Assembly: GCA_951406725.2 (NCBI GenBank) | Contig: OX597822.1 | Span: 55,242,001 to 55,306,000 of the forward strand | From: Octopus vulgaris | Lineage: Eukaryota | Length of the DNA stretch: 64,000 nt | Reading direction: 5' to 3' | Shown: one piece after another, positions 39,746 through 53,419 of the stretch | Layout: each line of letters starts with the position of its first letter | Numbering within the stretch: position 1 is the first letter of the stretch | Program-made: the position numbers and the translations under genes | Notes under the pieces: model-generated | The model's input: the letters and a program-made list of their open reading frames with translations, nothing else | Database searches by the model: none | Told to the model about the DNA's origin: nothing

Positions 39746-40700
39746 ATGCTAAAGCTCGTGGAAAATCACGAGAGACGAAAGAAGCTTCATTCTATCATAA
39801 AGGAAAGCAAAAAATTTGCTATTGATCTCGTGCAGGATACCCAAACTGAACAACCCGAGGGAAGTACGGCAACTATTGTTGCAAAGAAGGTGAAAATGAT
39901 GGCAACGAATAAAGCGCACGAGCAATTGGCTGATAGGTGGGAGGAGAAACCTCTGCACGGCAAATATGTGACCCGCAGCAAACAAGCTGATGTTGACCAG
40001 AAGCAAACCCATCAGTGGCTACGGAGCTCAGGGCTAAAAGCAGAGAGCGAAGGTTTCATCCTGGCTGCTCAAGATCAAAGCCTATTAACCCGGAACTACC
40101 AGGCCAATGTGATGAAAAATGGAGCAGACCCAAAATGCCGATTCTGCAACGACATGATTGAAACAGTGGACCACCTAATCTCTGGATGTAAAGTCTTAGC
40201 ACCAGTGGAGTATAAATTAAGACATGACAGAGTTGACCAATATCTCCACTGGCTAATAAGTCGGCATTACAATATCAAAACTGCCGACAAGTGGTATAAT
40301 CACCATCCTGAGGCTGTAACTGAAGGAGAAAATGTAACGATTCTGTGGGACTTTCCAGTACATACAGACTGAACCATCAAGGCCAATAAACCAGATATTG
40401 TTGTGAAAGACCAAAACAATAAAGTTTGCTTATTGATCGACATGAGCATCTCCTGTGATCATAATATCTCAGCGAAAGAGTTTGACAAGCTCAGAAAATA
40501 TAAAGACCTACTCATTGAAATTGAGAAAATGTGGCATCTCGAGGCGGTTACAATACCCGTGATCGTAGGAGCACTAGGAATGATCAAGAAGGGAACCGAA
40601 AATTATATGAGAATGATCCCTGGCTTACCATCCCTGCAAGAAGTGCAAAAGATTAGTCTTAACTGGTACATCACGTATTGAGAAGAGCATTGTCTATGTG
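39746..40700 (+). pseudogene. R4/Dong C-terminal part: CCHC knuckle + restriction-like endonuclease, with a TGA at 40370 and a late frameshift
   Basis: CRFCNDMIETVDHLISGC, RHD, KPDIVV..LLID, KYKDL; copy 2 has CGA at the stop position. Confidence 0.92.
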
Positions 40701-40878
40701 AGAACTGTTGCTGCTCATGTATTTTAATTTAACTTTAAAAAAAAAAAAATTTTTAAATCAACGAACTATTGAGTTTGGTTTAATGGCCTACCAATGTATA
40801 CTATGAGTTTCTTTGCCCTAGGAGTCGGGAAGACACTCGGCAAGAAATGGAAGCAAATTTGAAAGAAGAAAAAAAAGA

Positions 40879-42100
<1,222 letters not shown>

Positions 42101-42327
42101 TAACAACAACAACAACAATGACAACAACAACAACAACAACAACAACAGCAACCACCGCCACAACAACAACACCAAAAATAATAACGACAGCAACAACGAG
42201 AACAATAATAACAGCAAGAAGAACAATAACAGCGACAATAAAAAAGAACAGTAGCAACAACAACGACCACGACAATAACAACAACAGCAACAAACAACAG
42301 TCATAAAAAGTTAATTTCGGAACTTAC

Positions 42328-42350
42328 ATTGCAGATCTTAAACGAGACAT
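42328..42350 (-). CDS. Candidate first coding exon of an unknown host gene (MSRLRSA...)
   Basis: Minus strand aagATGTCTCGTTTAAGATCTGCAAT|GTAAGT with a consensus donor, downstream of a CpG-rich unique patch at 42520-42720; no homology support. Confidence 0.3.
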
Positions 42351-42873
42351 CTTGCTGAGATTTTTTAGTCTCTAACTGTGTCTATATGTATGTGTGTGTG
42401 TGTGTGCGTGTGTGTGTGTTTGTGTGTGTGCGTGTGTGCGCGTGTAGGTGTTTGTGTCTGCGCGTGCGTGTTGTTTATTTATTTATTTATTTGTTTGTTT
42501 GTTTGTTTGTTTTGTTCTATGCTTCCGTTTTGGTGTGTCTCTGTTTACGACGTCCGGTCTGTCGCTTGTCACGACGTCGGTGTGTTCGCTTGAACAAAAA
42601 AACAAAAAACGAGAAGTTTAAAAATTCCAACAGTTGTGACTAGTAAGTAGTAGGTCGCAAAAACACACCCCCGGTTAGTAGTAGTAGTAGTAGTAGTAAT
42701 CGTTGTAAACTGCGTATATTAGGCATGTGTGAAATTGCAGAAAAGTTTTTTTAAAAAACAACAAAAACCAAAAAAAAAAAGAGGTATGATTGATTCGGAT
42801 GGCTTCCAAGTGAAACCTATACCCTCATAGAAAGTTCTATATATTGTATTTTATGTACACGTTTTTTTTTTTT

Positions 42874-42908
<35 letters not shown>

Positions 42909-43299
42909 AGTGCTTTTGTTAATGTTGTTGTTGCCACTGCTATAACTATTGTTGGTTCTGCAACAGCTAATGTTATTTTTTGTTGTTGTCGCCCCGTCGC
43001 CTCCTTTGTTGTCGTCGTCGTTGCTACCGTTCTTTCTTTCTTTCTTTCTTGTTTTCTGTTTGAATATCTTTTTGCTAAATGATTCAACAAAATCCTTAAT
43101 TGGAAAGAAAATATTGCAAAGAAGCAAACACAACCCCCTCTCGCACAATATACATGTGTATTGTATGTAACTTTGTAAATACACATGAATCATATTACGC
43201 ACAAACCCACAGACACAGAAAACACACATACACACATATCTGTAAATAAATTATATAAGTATGTATGTATGTATGTATGTATGTATGTATGTATGTATG

Positions 43300-43373
<74 letters not shown>

Positions 43374-43375
43374 TG

Positions 43376-43409
<34 letters not shown>

Positions 43410-44209
43410 TGTATGTATGTATGTACGTGTGTATGTATTTATGGATGTTTTCGTATGGTATATGAATATATGTATGTGCGTAAAGTTTTTTGTATATGTT
43501 TAATTGTGCATCGATGCATACAGATTCGTATATGCATGGTGCGTATATGTATTCAATACAAACATCCACACACGCATGTGTATTTCTTTGCATGTACGAC
43601 CTATCATATACATTCATTCATTCACACACGCATACACATATATGTATGAATGAATAAATGTGTGTGTAAGATATTGCGTATGTGCGGTGCGTGTGTGCGC
43701 TCGGTTTGATAAAACTAATATGATTGGTTTAAGTTTAATGAACGCAGTCTGTCAGTGGCTAAAACAGTGAAGAAAAAATAAAATTATAATAACAGAACGT
43801 TTGTTTGCAAACTATTATCATAAAATATGAGCAATGTGATTGAAAGGGGCGTGTTTTGCCTGTGTAAATAAACCATACCGTACAGTCAAGGGTTTGAAAT
43901 GCGGTATGTATGTGTGTGTATGTGTGTGTATGTGTGTATGCTACATGTCAAAAATGTTGCAGTTAGCTAGTTTTTTCATATCGATCAATGCTCATACACG
44001 CAGTTACATATTTCGTTATACATATTTTTTTTTCTGACAAGCTAGGCCGAATGGGACAAAAGACCCTGAGACTAAATCAATCGAATTTTATGTGTAACTA
44101 AACGTGGCAATCTTTATACATCACAAATAAGTGCTGTAATTATTTCTGTTGAAAATTCCCTATGACAGACAACTAATAAAAACAGACACAAACACTTATT
44201 TAGAATTTT

Positions 44210-47200
44210 AAAAAAAATACCCAAAAGACATTGAGCCAAACAAGAGGACTTTAGGAAGGCCCTTCAGTAATGATAATGCGTCAGACGAGGCAGCTGAATC
44301 AGCCGACCCTCTCAAAATCCAAGGTAAGTGACCTTCTTCCATTCTGTTTCTCCGATAAACATGGTCTTTTCAGAGTAGGGTGTGTGAATGTTCGTGGTCG
44401 GGGGTCAGCTTGGAAGCAAGGTCACTAGCTAAACCACATCAGGTCGTTTGATTTAGATGTGGCTGCAATTAGCGAGACAAGGATTTCTAATGCGCAAGCA
44501 TTAGCTCCCATTTTCGACGACTGAGATATTCTCATCGTGTGATGTGTCGGGAGCGGGCGGCGGGGAAGCAGTGCTATTCCGAAAATCATTAGATCTCGAA
44601 GTAAAGGCAATCTTCTAGGGCCCGGGCGGCAGTTTGGAGATCCTAGATGTGAATGGTTGTGAAGGTGGTGCCCTTAGACTGGTGGTCGTCTATGTCCCGA
44701 AAGGAGCTGGAAGGCTAGAATTCTTCAGGTGTCAAGAAATTTTCCTGGGAACGTCCCGCAATTTAATACTTGTAGGGAACTGAAATGGGATTTTCGACGC
44801 AGGAAGACGTGTGTGAGGCTAGTACACAGAAGAAAGGGATGCAAAAACCTCTAAGACCTACTAAGAGACTTCCAATTATCTGATAGGTATCGACTGGATT
44901 TCCCTGATGTGCCAGTATGGATATGGAACGACCACAATGGGTCATCCAGATAGAGTATTTGTTAGGTCAGAGGATAGGGATAGTGCAGGTTGTCCACAAT
45001 TTAAACTGGTCGGCTACAGAGACCACAAGTTTGTGATCTGCACAGTCGAGTTAGATAGGACCCGGTTTCTGGAAGTTAAACACGTCCTTTCTGACTCACA
45101 AAGAGTACAGGAACCGGATTAGTGAACTAGTTAAGCGGCAGTTGACGGGGACAATCGTCAACAACCGATGGTGGGCCGCCCTGAAGAGGGCGATTAGAGC
45201 AGAAACATGCGCAATCTCGAGTAGATCTATCCACAACAACCTCCTCCTTATGCGATACATCATGGAGAGGGCTGGAACCATATCTGGCTTCATGAGTGTG
45301 CTGATCAGTTAGGATCAATCAAAAGCATTCGATAGGGTCAATCATCGCTACTTGGAAGCCGTCTTGAAATCAGGCGGTTTCGGACTCGTTTTCAGAGGCT
45401 GGTTCGCTGCAATGCACAGCGGTATCTGTCAGTGGTCAAAGTAAACGGACACCTATCGGAGCCGTTTGGCATCGCACTCTCGGTTCGTGAGGGATGCCCG
45501 CTGTCGCCTCTTCTAAACGTATTGGCACTCGAGCCACTGTAGCAGAAGCTGGAACAGCTAAGGGGCATCCCTTTCGAACTGGGACAAGGAAGGACAGTGT
45601 CAGCATATACGGGCGATGTCACTGTCATGGTGTCTGACACCTCAAAAGTGGAGACGGCCGGCACCATCCTAAAGGAATATGAATTAGTTGCAGGGGCTAA
45701 AATCAGCGTCGACAAATTGGTTGGTTTGTGGTTGGGCTCTTGGAGAGGCGGGACGATGCCATCGATTGGCGTTGTCGGACGCTGGACCGACGGACTAGTT
45801 AAAAGTGCTCGTGGTCTTGTTTCGTCCTGACCTCTAGGTTGATAATAACTGGGACGAGGTGGCGAACAGGGTGGCCAGTCTTACCCAGAAATAGGCTGAA
45901 AGAAGCTATCCCTGAAAGGTCGGGTAGAGGTAGTGAATGCTTACATCGCCTCCGCTATCATTTATCGCCTGACCATCATGCCTCGTCCCGGTTACTGCTT
46001 GGCCAGGTTGGAGCGTCTTATTTAAATTCTTGTGGAAGGGATGCGTTCTAATGGTCAGGTGGTCAGTCTGTTGCCAGCATCCTCTGAGTGGCGGATTAAG
46101 TATGCCGTGGCTCTTAATGTGCAGACACGCTCTTAGGTTACGCCACCTGCAACGATTTCTGGACGGTGAGCGTGTATGGTCTCCGTTTGTGAGTCTCGTC
46201 TTTTCGCAGCTCATCTCCTTGACGGATCTGCAGTCTTAGGTGAAGAAAAGACCGAGACTGGGCGCCTGGCACCCGGAATTTCATCAGGCGCTCACAACCC
46301 TCAACCAGTCGGGTAATGGGGTCAGTAGATATTCCACTTTAGAAATTTATAGAGGATTAGTGGCGGGAAAGTGCGACGATGTTCTCGGGGAGACTCTGGG
46401 TGCCGACACTTTCCAGTCAGGAACTATCATGGATAATTTCCAGATGTCCTTGGCCTGGCAGTATTACCGAGGGGTGGGGGGAACGCTAGCGGTTCGAGAT
46501 AAACTCTACAGATACGGACGTGCTGTCAGACTGACTTGTCCCAGGTGCACACAGAGTGACGGAACTGTTCTGCACGCCCTCGTTCAGTGTCCGGGCATTG
46601 CTGACTTGTGGGGTTATGTTGAACAGATGCTGTCCCGTGTGGGAAGAACCCGTCCATCGGCCGACTCTGTAGTGATGTTTGCACCGCCGCCCTCCTTCAA
46701 TCGGGCAGGCAAGGCAGCTTTCCTTTACCTGGTGGCCGTGGCGAAAAAGGTTGTTTGGTGGACAAGGCTGAAAGGCATGAAAACAGTTACATTCCTCTTT
46801 GATAGAGCTCTCACTGACTTTTTTAAGTTTCACTTGAAGAGGAAATTGAGAGTGGAGGGGGAAGAGCTGTCCTCGAATGAGTTTATTGAAAGGTGGGTGA
46901 AAGTTGCGAAAATGGCAAGAGTGGATGTAACCTCTCTAAGTGTAGACCTGTGAGTCGGAGAGAAGGAATTGGAGAAGGCACTTGCTCCTAGGGTTTTAGG
47001 AAAATGTCAGGCAGTGGGGTTCCTCGATTATCCCTAGAGGTGTTCCTGTATCAGGAGGGTCAAATTTCTATCATCCTCCCTCCCTTTTTTATATCTTTGT
47101 ATGCCATGCACATGTCCCTTTTTTCCAGTGTATAGCGTGTGTACTTTATTTTTTATATTTTTATTTTAATTTTATTTATTATTTTTTTGTTATTTCATTA

Positions 47201-47274
47201 TTATATGTAACCCCCACACTTTATGTCAGTCTGTATTGTCCACCCTCATCCTTCGCCCTTGTGGCAAATGAAAT
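44210..47274 (+). mobile_element. Tx1/L1-clade LINE, degraded with internal deletions (possible ORF1 tail, APE endonuclease, RT, Cys-rich C-terminus, 3' UTR)
   Basis: RVGCVNVRG, DVAAISETR, DRVF, DHKFV, DQSKAFDRVNH, SVREGCPLSPLL, AYTGDVT, CPRCTQSDGTVLHALVQC. Confidence 0.9.
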
Positions 47275-47289
47275 CATTTTATTATTGTT

Positions 47290-48066
47290 GTTAAATGTCG
47301 CCGAGGTCGACATTGTCTTTTATCCTTTCGGGGTCGATAAATTAAGTACCAGTTGAAGGCTGGGGTCGACACATCCCCTCCCACAAAATTGCTGCCCTTG
47401 TGGCAAAATTTGAGACCATTATTTTTATTGTTGTTAAGTCAGTAAGCTGGCAGAATCGTTAGCACGTTCGGCAAAATGCTAAACGGCATTTCGTCTGCCT
47501 TTAAGTTCTGAGTTTAAATTCTGCCGAGTTCGACTATACCTTTCATCCTTTCAGGTCCGATAAAATAAATACCAGTGAAACACTGAGGTCAATGTAATCC
47601 ACTAGCCTCCTCCCCCAAAATATCAGGCCTTGTGCCTTCAGTAGAAATGATTATTGTTGTTGTTGTTGTTGAAGTTCTTGTTGACAAACAACGGCAGTAA
47701 TTTTATTCAGCTGAATACACGTCATTGATTGGTTGAAATTACTGAAATAGGACTACTTTGACGTGAAATTACTTCGTAAATATAAGTTTTTCTCAAAAAT
47801 GCTAAGAGTAAAAGATGTTTTATATGACACATTCTATCAGTGGCCGAAGTTTGAAAGTGTTTAGGTACAAAAAATTATTTTTTAAATCTGTAGGTCAAAA
47901 GGTAAAGATCCGACCTCAGTACTCCACTGGTACTTAATTTATCGACCCCGAAAGGATGAAAGGCAAAGTAAACCTCGGCGGAATTTGAACCCAGATCGTA
48001 AAGACGGACGAAATACCGCTTAGCATTTAGCTTGGTGTGCTAACGATTTTGTCAGCTCGCCGTCTA
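47290..48066. mobile_element. SINE family B copies (two + strand, one - strand) around an inverted copy of the 6410-6690 repeat
   Basis: Cores at 47320 and 47540 (+) and 47940 (-). Confidence 0.8.
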
Positions 48067-48519
48067 AGAGATGTAGTGGCCACAGTGGGAAGGCCTTCAC
48101 ATGTTTACTACTTCAAATAATGATTATTTTGACAAGTCGGTGGAGCTTATTGTTGCTGTTGTTGTTCATGCCCCTGTTGTTGATGTTGTTACTATTGTTA
48201 TTGTTTAACCCCAGGTCGGCTCTGATCGAGCGAACCTATATTTAAAACGTATTCCAATTGTGACCATCTCGTCTTTCAATATACACACACATATGAAAAA
48301 CTTTATTGTCCAATGTATCCTTCATTATCTAAAACTGTGGGATGTAATTTGAGGGAGATTTGACTGCTATTTTATAAACCACGTAAACAGGTTTATAAAT
48401 AACAATTATTTATACATAACGTAACATTCCCTGTTATCAAGTGTTTACTTTTCTAAAACTTGAGAGAATGTTATATTTAACTAAACAAAGTATTACACAC
48501 ACACACGCACACACACACA

Positions 48520-48597
<78 letters not shown>

Positions 48598-49446
48598 ATT
48601 CGTTTCTGTATTTGGTTTACAAGATTCTTTATGTGAAGGACTATATAAATTTTTTTATACATACATACATACATACATACATACATACATACATACATAC
48701 ATACATACATACATTCGTACATACATACATATGATTAACAGCGGATGTTAATATAAAGCTGAAGATCAGTGAAAAAAGAGAACACCAATGCTGAACTATT
48801 GAGAAATCTGCAGTTACTCTATACTTGTAATTATTGGGGCACTGGGATAGGTAACACACTGCCTAAATATCAATCTTGAGAAATTAAGCTTCTCAAAATC
48901 AGAAAGGAGAAAGCTAATTCGAAGACTACAGATTTAATCCATCACTGTAATTGTAAAACTCTGTAAAACTTACCAGAAATTTATCATTTTAATATATATG
49001 AGCATGTAACAATATGTAACTATATGCATGAGAATACATACATAAAACATACTAATCTGCAGATACATACATACATACATACATACATACATACATACAT
49101 ACATACATACATACATACAAAAGTACCCTGTTGCTGATGTTGAAATTCCAATGAAGGAGCCTTGGGTTTAGGATAGAAACCGGTTCTTTCTCTATTGGCA
49201 AGAAATCTCGAAATAAACTGAATAATGACATATATATATATAACTAATGTAGGATAAAATGTTTTCGAAAAAAATAAATTTTATCAATGGCCAGCATATT
49301 AAAAAATACCTTCAAAGGTTAAATTTATAAATAACTTATAAAATAAGGGCAAAAGAAAAATTCTAATGCCAAATATGCCGAAAAAAATGACAAAATTGTC
49401 AATCACCATTATAATTTATGCGTCTCTTTTGCCCTTATTTTATAAG

Positions 49447-49520
<74 letters not shown>

Positions 49521-49954
49521 ATACATATATACATACATACATACATACATACATACATACATACATACATACATACATACATACATACATACATACGTAC
49601 CTAAGTACGTACGTACGTACATAGATACTTACCCAGTGGGTGGGTTATAATCGACTGAATGTGTGTCAGGTTAATTGTGATTGTTACTGGTAACGCGTAA
49701 TCCAGTAGAACCTGTTTCATGGTTGGCTCGTCAGCGACTAATGCGACACTCCTATCAAACTAACTTGGTGACACAAGAAAGATAAAAGCCAAATTTGCTG
49801 AAAGACTGGGTAAATCCAGCACAAGGTCAACGACTATCTAGCATTTCTGTGCACGAATATATAAATATTCGAGTTGGCGACCACTTCACAATAAAACCAC
49901 TGTGTGTGATGCCCACCTGCTTGTATTCAGAACATCCATCGAGAAAAAAACATC

Positions 49955-50189
49955 CTCTTTTACTCTTTTACTCTTTTACTTGTTTCAGTCATTTGACTGT
50001 GGCCATGCTGGAGCACCGCCTTGGTCGAGCAAATCTACCCCAGGAGTTATTCTTTGTAAGCTTAGGATTTATTCTATCGGTCTTTTTTGCCGAATCGCTA
50101 AGTTCCGGGGACGTAAACACAACAGCATCGGTTGTCAAGCGATGCTGGGGGGATAAATACAGACACACACATACACACACACACACACA

Positions 50190-50272
<83 letters not shown>

Positions 50273-50435
50273 GACGGGTCTCTTTCAGTTTCCGTCTACC
50301 AAATCTACTCACAAGGCTTTGGTCGGCCCGAGGCTATAGTAGAAGACACTTACCCAAGGTGCCACGCAGTGGGACTGAACCCGGAACCATGTGGTTGGTA
50401 AGCAACCTACTTACCACACAGCCACTCCTACGCCT
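49955..50435 (-). mobile_element. SINE family A, full length
   Basis: Co-linear with 976-1393. Confidence 0.9.
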
Positions 50436-51319
50436 ATGGGCAACCTTTTTCGAGAAGCGGGCTGCATGAGACCCGGTTCATCCTCAAGCGGACCGCACTA
50501 CTAAAAAAGAAAAAATTCAAGGTCGCAGTTTGATCATGACTGGTCTAGGATATAAAAAATTTAGATTTCGAACCCCCATTGCTTTGTAGGTAAGACTGTC
50601 ATAGAACGACCTCCGGAAAATTTTGTGAAAGGAAGGGGTAGCAGAAACAAGCCTGACAGAAATATCAAAACGAAGCTCTACAAATCATTCCGTGTCAAAC
50701 ACTGTCAAGTCTCCAGCAACTTCTGAATCATCTTCAACTGCCCTTGATTTGTAGCTGATTTTAGATAATTTGAGACAAGAGTGTGTGGATGATGCTACAC
50801 AAATTCTCCTCACTTAAAACTAGATCATGCGCAATTCATAACTTTGAACACAACTGACGTGAGCTTCTTCAAGCCATCAACAAACGGCAGACCTTTTCTT
50901 ATAGTTCTTGGGGTACCACGAATTATTACGACAGTAAAATATCACTATCATCAGCGCCATTTCCGCGGATTCCTTGAACTGAAGATGCGTAGAGGAAGTA
51001 GTTGCAGCGTTTTGGGTCTACATATGGCGGCGGCTCACGTTGAATCGCCGCGTAGTCGAGAGTAATGTTCTTCATTGATCACAGACGGACGAACATAATT
51101 GATTGCAAATGTCTCAGTGTGTTACTGTTACTAATTTTATCGACTCTGAAGTGTAAAGGGTAAACTCGACACTAGAATAGGTTAAAATTTAGACTAGGGA
51201 TCTAAGAAGGAGTGATTCTACTCGAGCAAGGTTAGGAATTATTACTAGACAAGCTTTTAACTATGCTTTATGCACCGTAATTATGCTGGAGAAGTTTTAT
51301 TTTAATAATTTTAACAGCT

Positions 51320-51942
51320 AAGACGGTGAGCTGGCAGAAACGTTAGCACGCCGGGCGAAATCCTTAGCGGTATTTCGTCTGCCGCTACGTTCTGAGTTCA
51401 AATTCCGACGAGGTCGACTTTGCCTTTCATCCTTTCGGGTTCGATTAAATAAGTACCAGTTACGCACTGGGGTCGATATAATCGACTTAATCCGTTTGTC
51501 TGTTCTTGCTTGTCCTTCCTGTGTTTAGCCCATTGTGGGTAGTAAAGAAATAGGTATTTCGTTTGCCGCTACGTTCTGAGTTCAAATTCCGACGAGGTCA
51601 ACTTTGCCTTTCTTCCTTTCGGGGTCGAAAAATTAAGTACCAGTTACGCACTGGGGTCGATATCACCGACTTAATCCCTTTGTCTGTCCTTGCTTGACCC
51701 CTCTATGTTTAGCCCCTTGTGGGCAATAAAGAAATAAGGAAGAAGAAACGTTAGCACGCCAGGCGAAATGCTTAGCGGTATTTCGTCTGTCTTTACGTTC
51801 TGCGTTCAAATTCCGCCGAGGTCGACTTTGCCTTTCATCCTTTCGGGGTCGATAAATTAAGTACCAGTTGCGTACTGGGGTCGATCTAATCGACTGGCCC
51901 CCTCCCCCAAAATTTCGGGCTTTGTGCCTAGAGTAGAAAAAA
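51320..51942 (+). mobile_element. Tandem/nested array of three SINE family B units (sense)
   Basis: Head aagacggtgagctggcagaaacgttagcacg; core repeated at ~51420, 51600 and 51825. Confidence 0.9.
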
Positions 51943-52006
51943 ATAATTTTAAGGGCTTAGTCAGAAAAAGAGAGCAGCGCCCTTGACTTTTTTCATATAC
52001 TTTCAG

Positions 52007-52177
52007 GCTTCAGAGAGGAAAGCAGCGAGAAAATCCTTAGACCGAAGATTAGGCTGCAACAAAATGGAATTTACTGAAGAAAAGAACCAGTTGGAGGGGG
52101 AGTTTGAACTGGATGACAGATCAGGTCTACCACTCAAGATAGAATCAATCCCCTCCGATGAGCTTTCACACTATTAA
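52007..52177 (+). CDS. Candidate terminal coding exon of an unknown gene
   Basis: Branch-like ccttgac, pyrimidine tract ttttttcatatactttCAG, then 56 codons of non-repetitive acidic sequence to TAA; no homology recognised. Confidence 0.3.
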   Translation, partial: ASERKAARKSLDRRLGCNKMEFTEEKNQLEGEFELDDRSGLPLKIESIPSDELSHY

Positions 52178-52289
52178 ATTTCCGTGTACAAAATCTCACG
52201 CACCAAGCTTTACATAGAACTGCTAAGGTGTCTGCTAGGTCTGTTTAATTTAGCATCAGGCCCGGGGATAAACAACAACAAAAAAAAAA

Positions 52290-53402
52290 CAATAATTTCA
52301 AATTTTGGTACAAGGTTGCCAATTTTAGTGGGAGTGGGTTAGTAGACTACATTGATAAAATACAATAAGTATCTGTACTCATCTAGTACTTATTTTATTG
52401 ACTGCCCGAAAGAATGAAATGCAAAATCGATCTCATCGGAATTTGAACACAGAACGCAAGGACGGACGAAATGTCGCTTAGCATTTTGCCCGGTGTGCTA
52501 ACGATTCTTATTTCTTTACTGCCCACAAGAGGCTACACACAGAGGGGACAAGCAAGGACAGACAAACGGATTAAGTCGATTATATCGACCCCAGTGCGTA
52601 ACTGGTACTTATTTAATCGACCCCGAAAGGATGAAAGGCAAAGTTGACCCCGACGGAATTTGAACTCAGAACGTAACGGTAGACGAAATACTTATTTCTT
52701 TACTACCCACAATGGGCTAAACACAGAGAGGACAAACAAGGACAGACAAAGGGATTAAATCGATTACATCGATCCCAGTGCGTAACTGGTACTTAATTTA
52801 TCGACCAGGAAAGGATGAATGGCAAAGTCGACCTCGGCGGAATTTGACCTCAGAACGTAACGGCAGACGAAATGCTTATTTCTATTTCTTTACTACCCAC
52901 AAGGGACAAAACACAGAGAGGATAAACAAGGACAGACAAATGGATTAAGTCGATTATATCGACCCCAGTGCGTAACTGGTACTTAATTTATCGACCCCGA
53001 AAAGATGAAAGGCAAAGTCGACCTAGGCGGAATTTGATCTCAGAACGTAACGGCAGACGAAATACCGCTAAGCATTTTGCCTGGCGTGCTAACGTTTCTT
53101 ATTTCCTTATTGCCCACAAGGGGCTAAACATAGAGGGTACGAACAAGGGCAAACAAAGGGATTAAGTCGATGAAATCGACCCCAGTGCGTAACTGGTACT
53201 TAATTTATCGACCTCAATTTTTGTAGGAGGACGCTAGTTAACTATATCGACCCCAGTGCTTAACTGGTACTTAATATATTGATCCTGAAAGGATGAAAAG
53301 CGAAATCAACCAAGGTGAAATATGAACTCAGAACGTAAAGACGGAAGAAATGCTACTGTGCATTTTTTCCGGCGAGCTAACTATTCTACTAGCTCCCCGC
53401 CT
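52290..53402 (-). mobile_element. Tandem/nested array of about six SINE family B units (antisense)
   Basis: ~180-bp units beginning tatttctttact(a/g)cccacaa at ~52510, 52693, 52884 and 53100, plus flanking copies. Confidence 0.9.
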
Positions 53403-53419
53403 TTGCACAGCGAGTTTTC

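Larger units (their letters stand above)
35799..40879 (+). mobile_element. Young, probably full-length R4/Dong non-LTR retrotransposon (5' boundary tentative)
   Basis: Bounded by (AAT)n at 35746-35796 and 40880-40913; ORF with R4-type N-terminus, RT, CCHC and RLE; 3' UTR near-identical to the copy ending at 60136. Confidence 0.8.

Noticed and set aside
44315-44330. Strong donor AAG|GTAAGT suggesting a host exon
   Set aside because: Lies just before the Tx1/L1 endonuclease start, so more simply the end of ORF1; no acceptor identified
49700-49745. Minus-strand ctgacga-gccaaccat-gaaac-aggttc hammerhead candidate
   Set aside because: Stem II and stem I do not pair; at most a decayed relic
52510-53215. 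Regularly spaced repeats superficially like a CRISPR array
   Set aside because: The units are ~180-bp SINE copies without unique spacers; eukaryotic context and no cas genes
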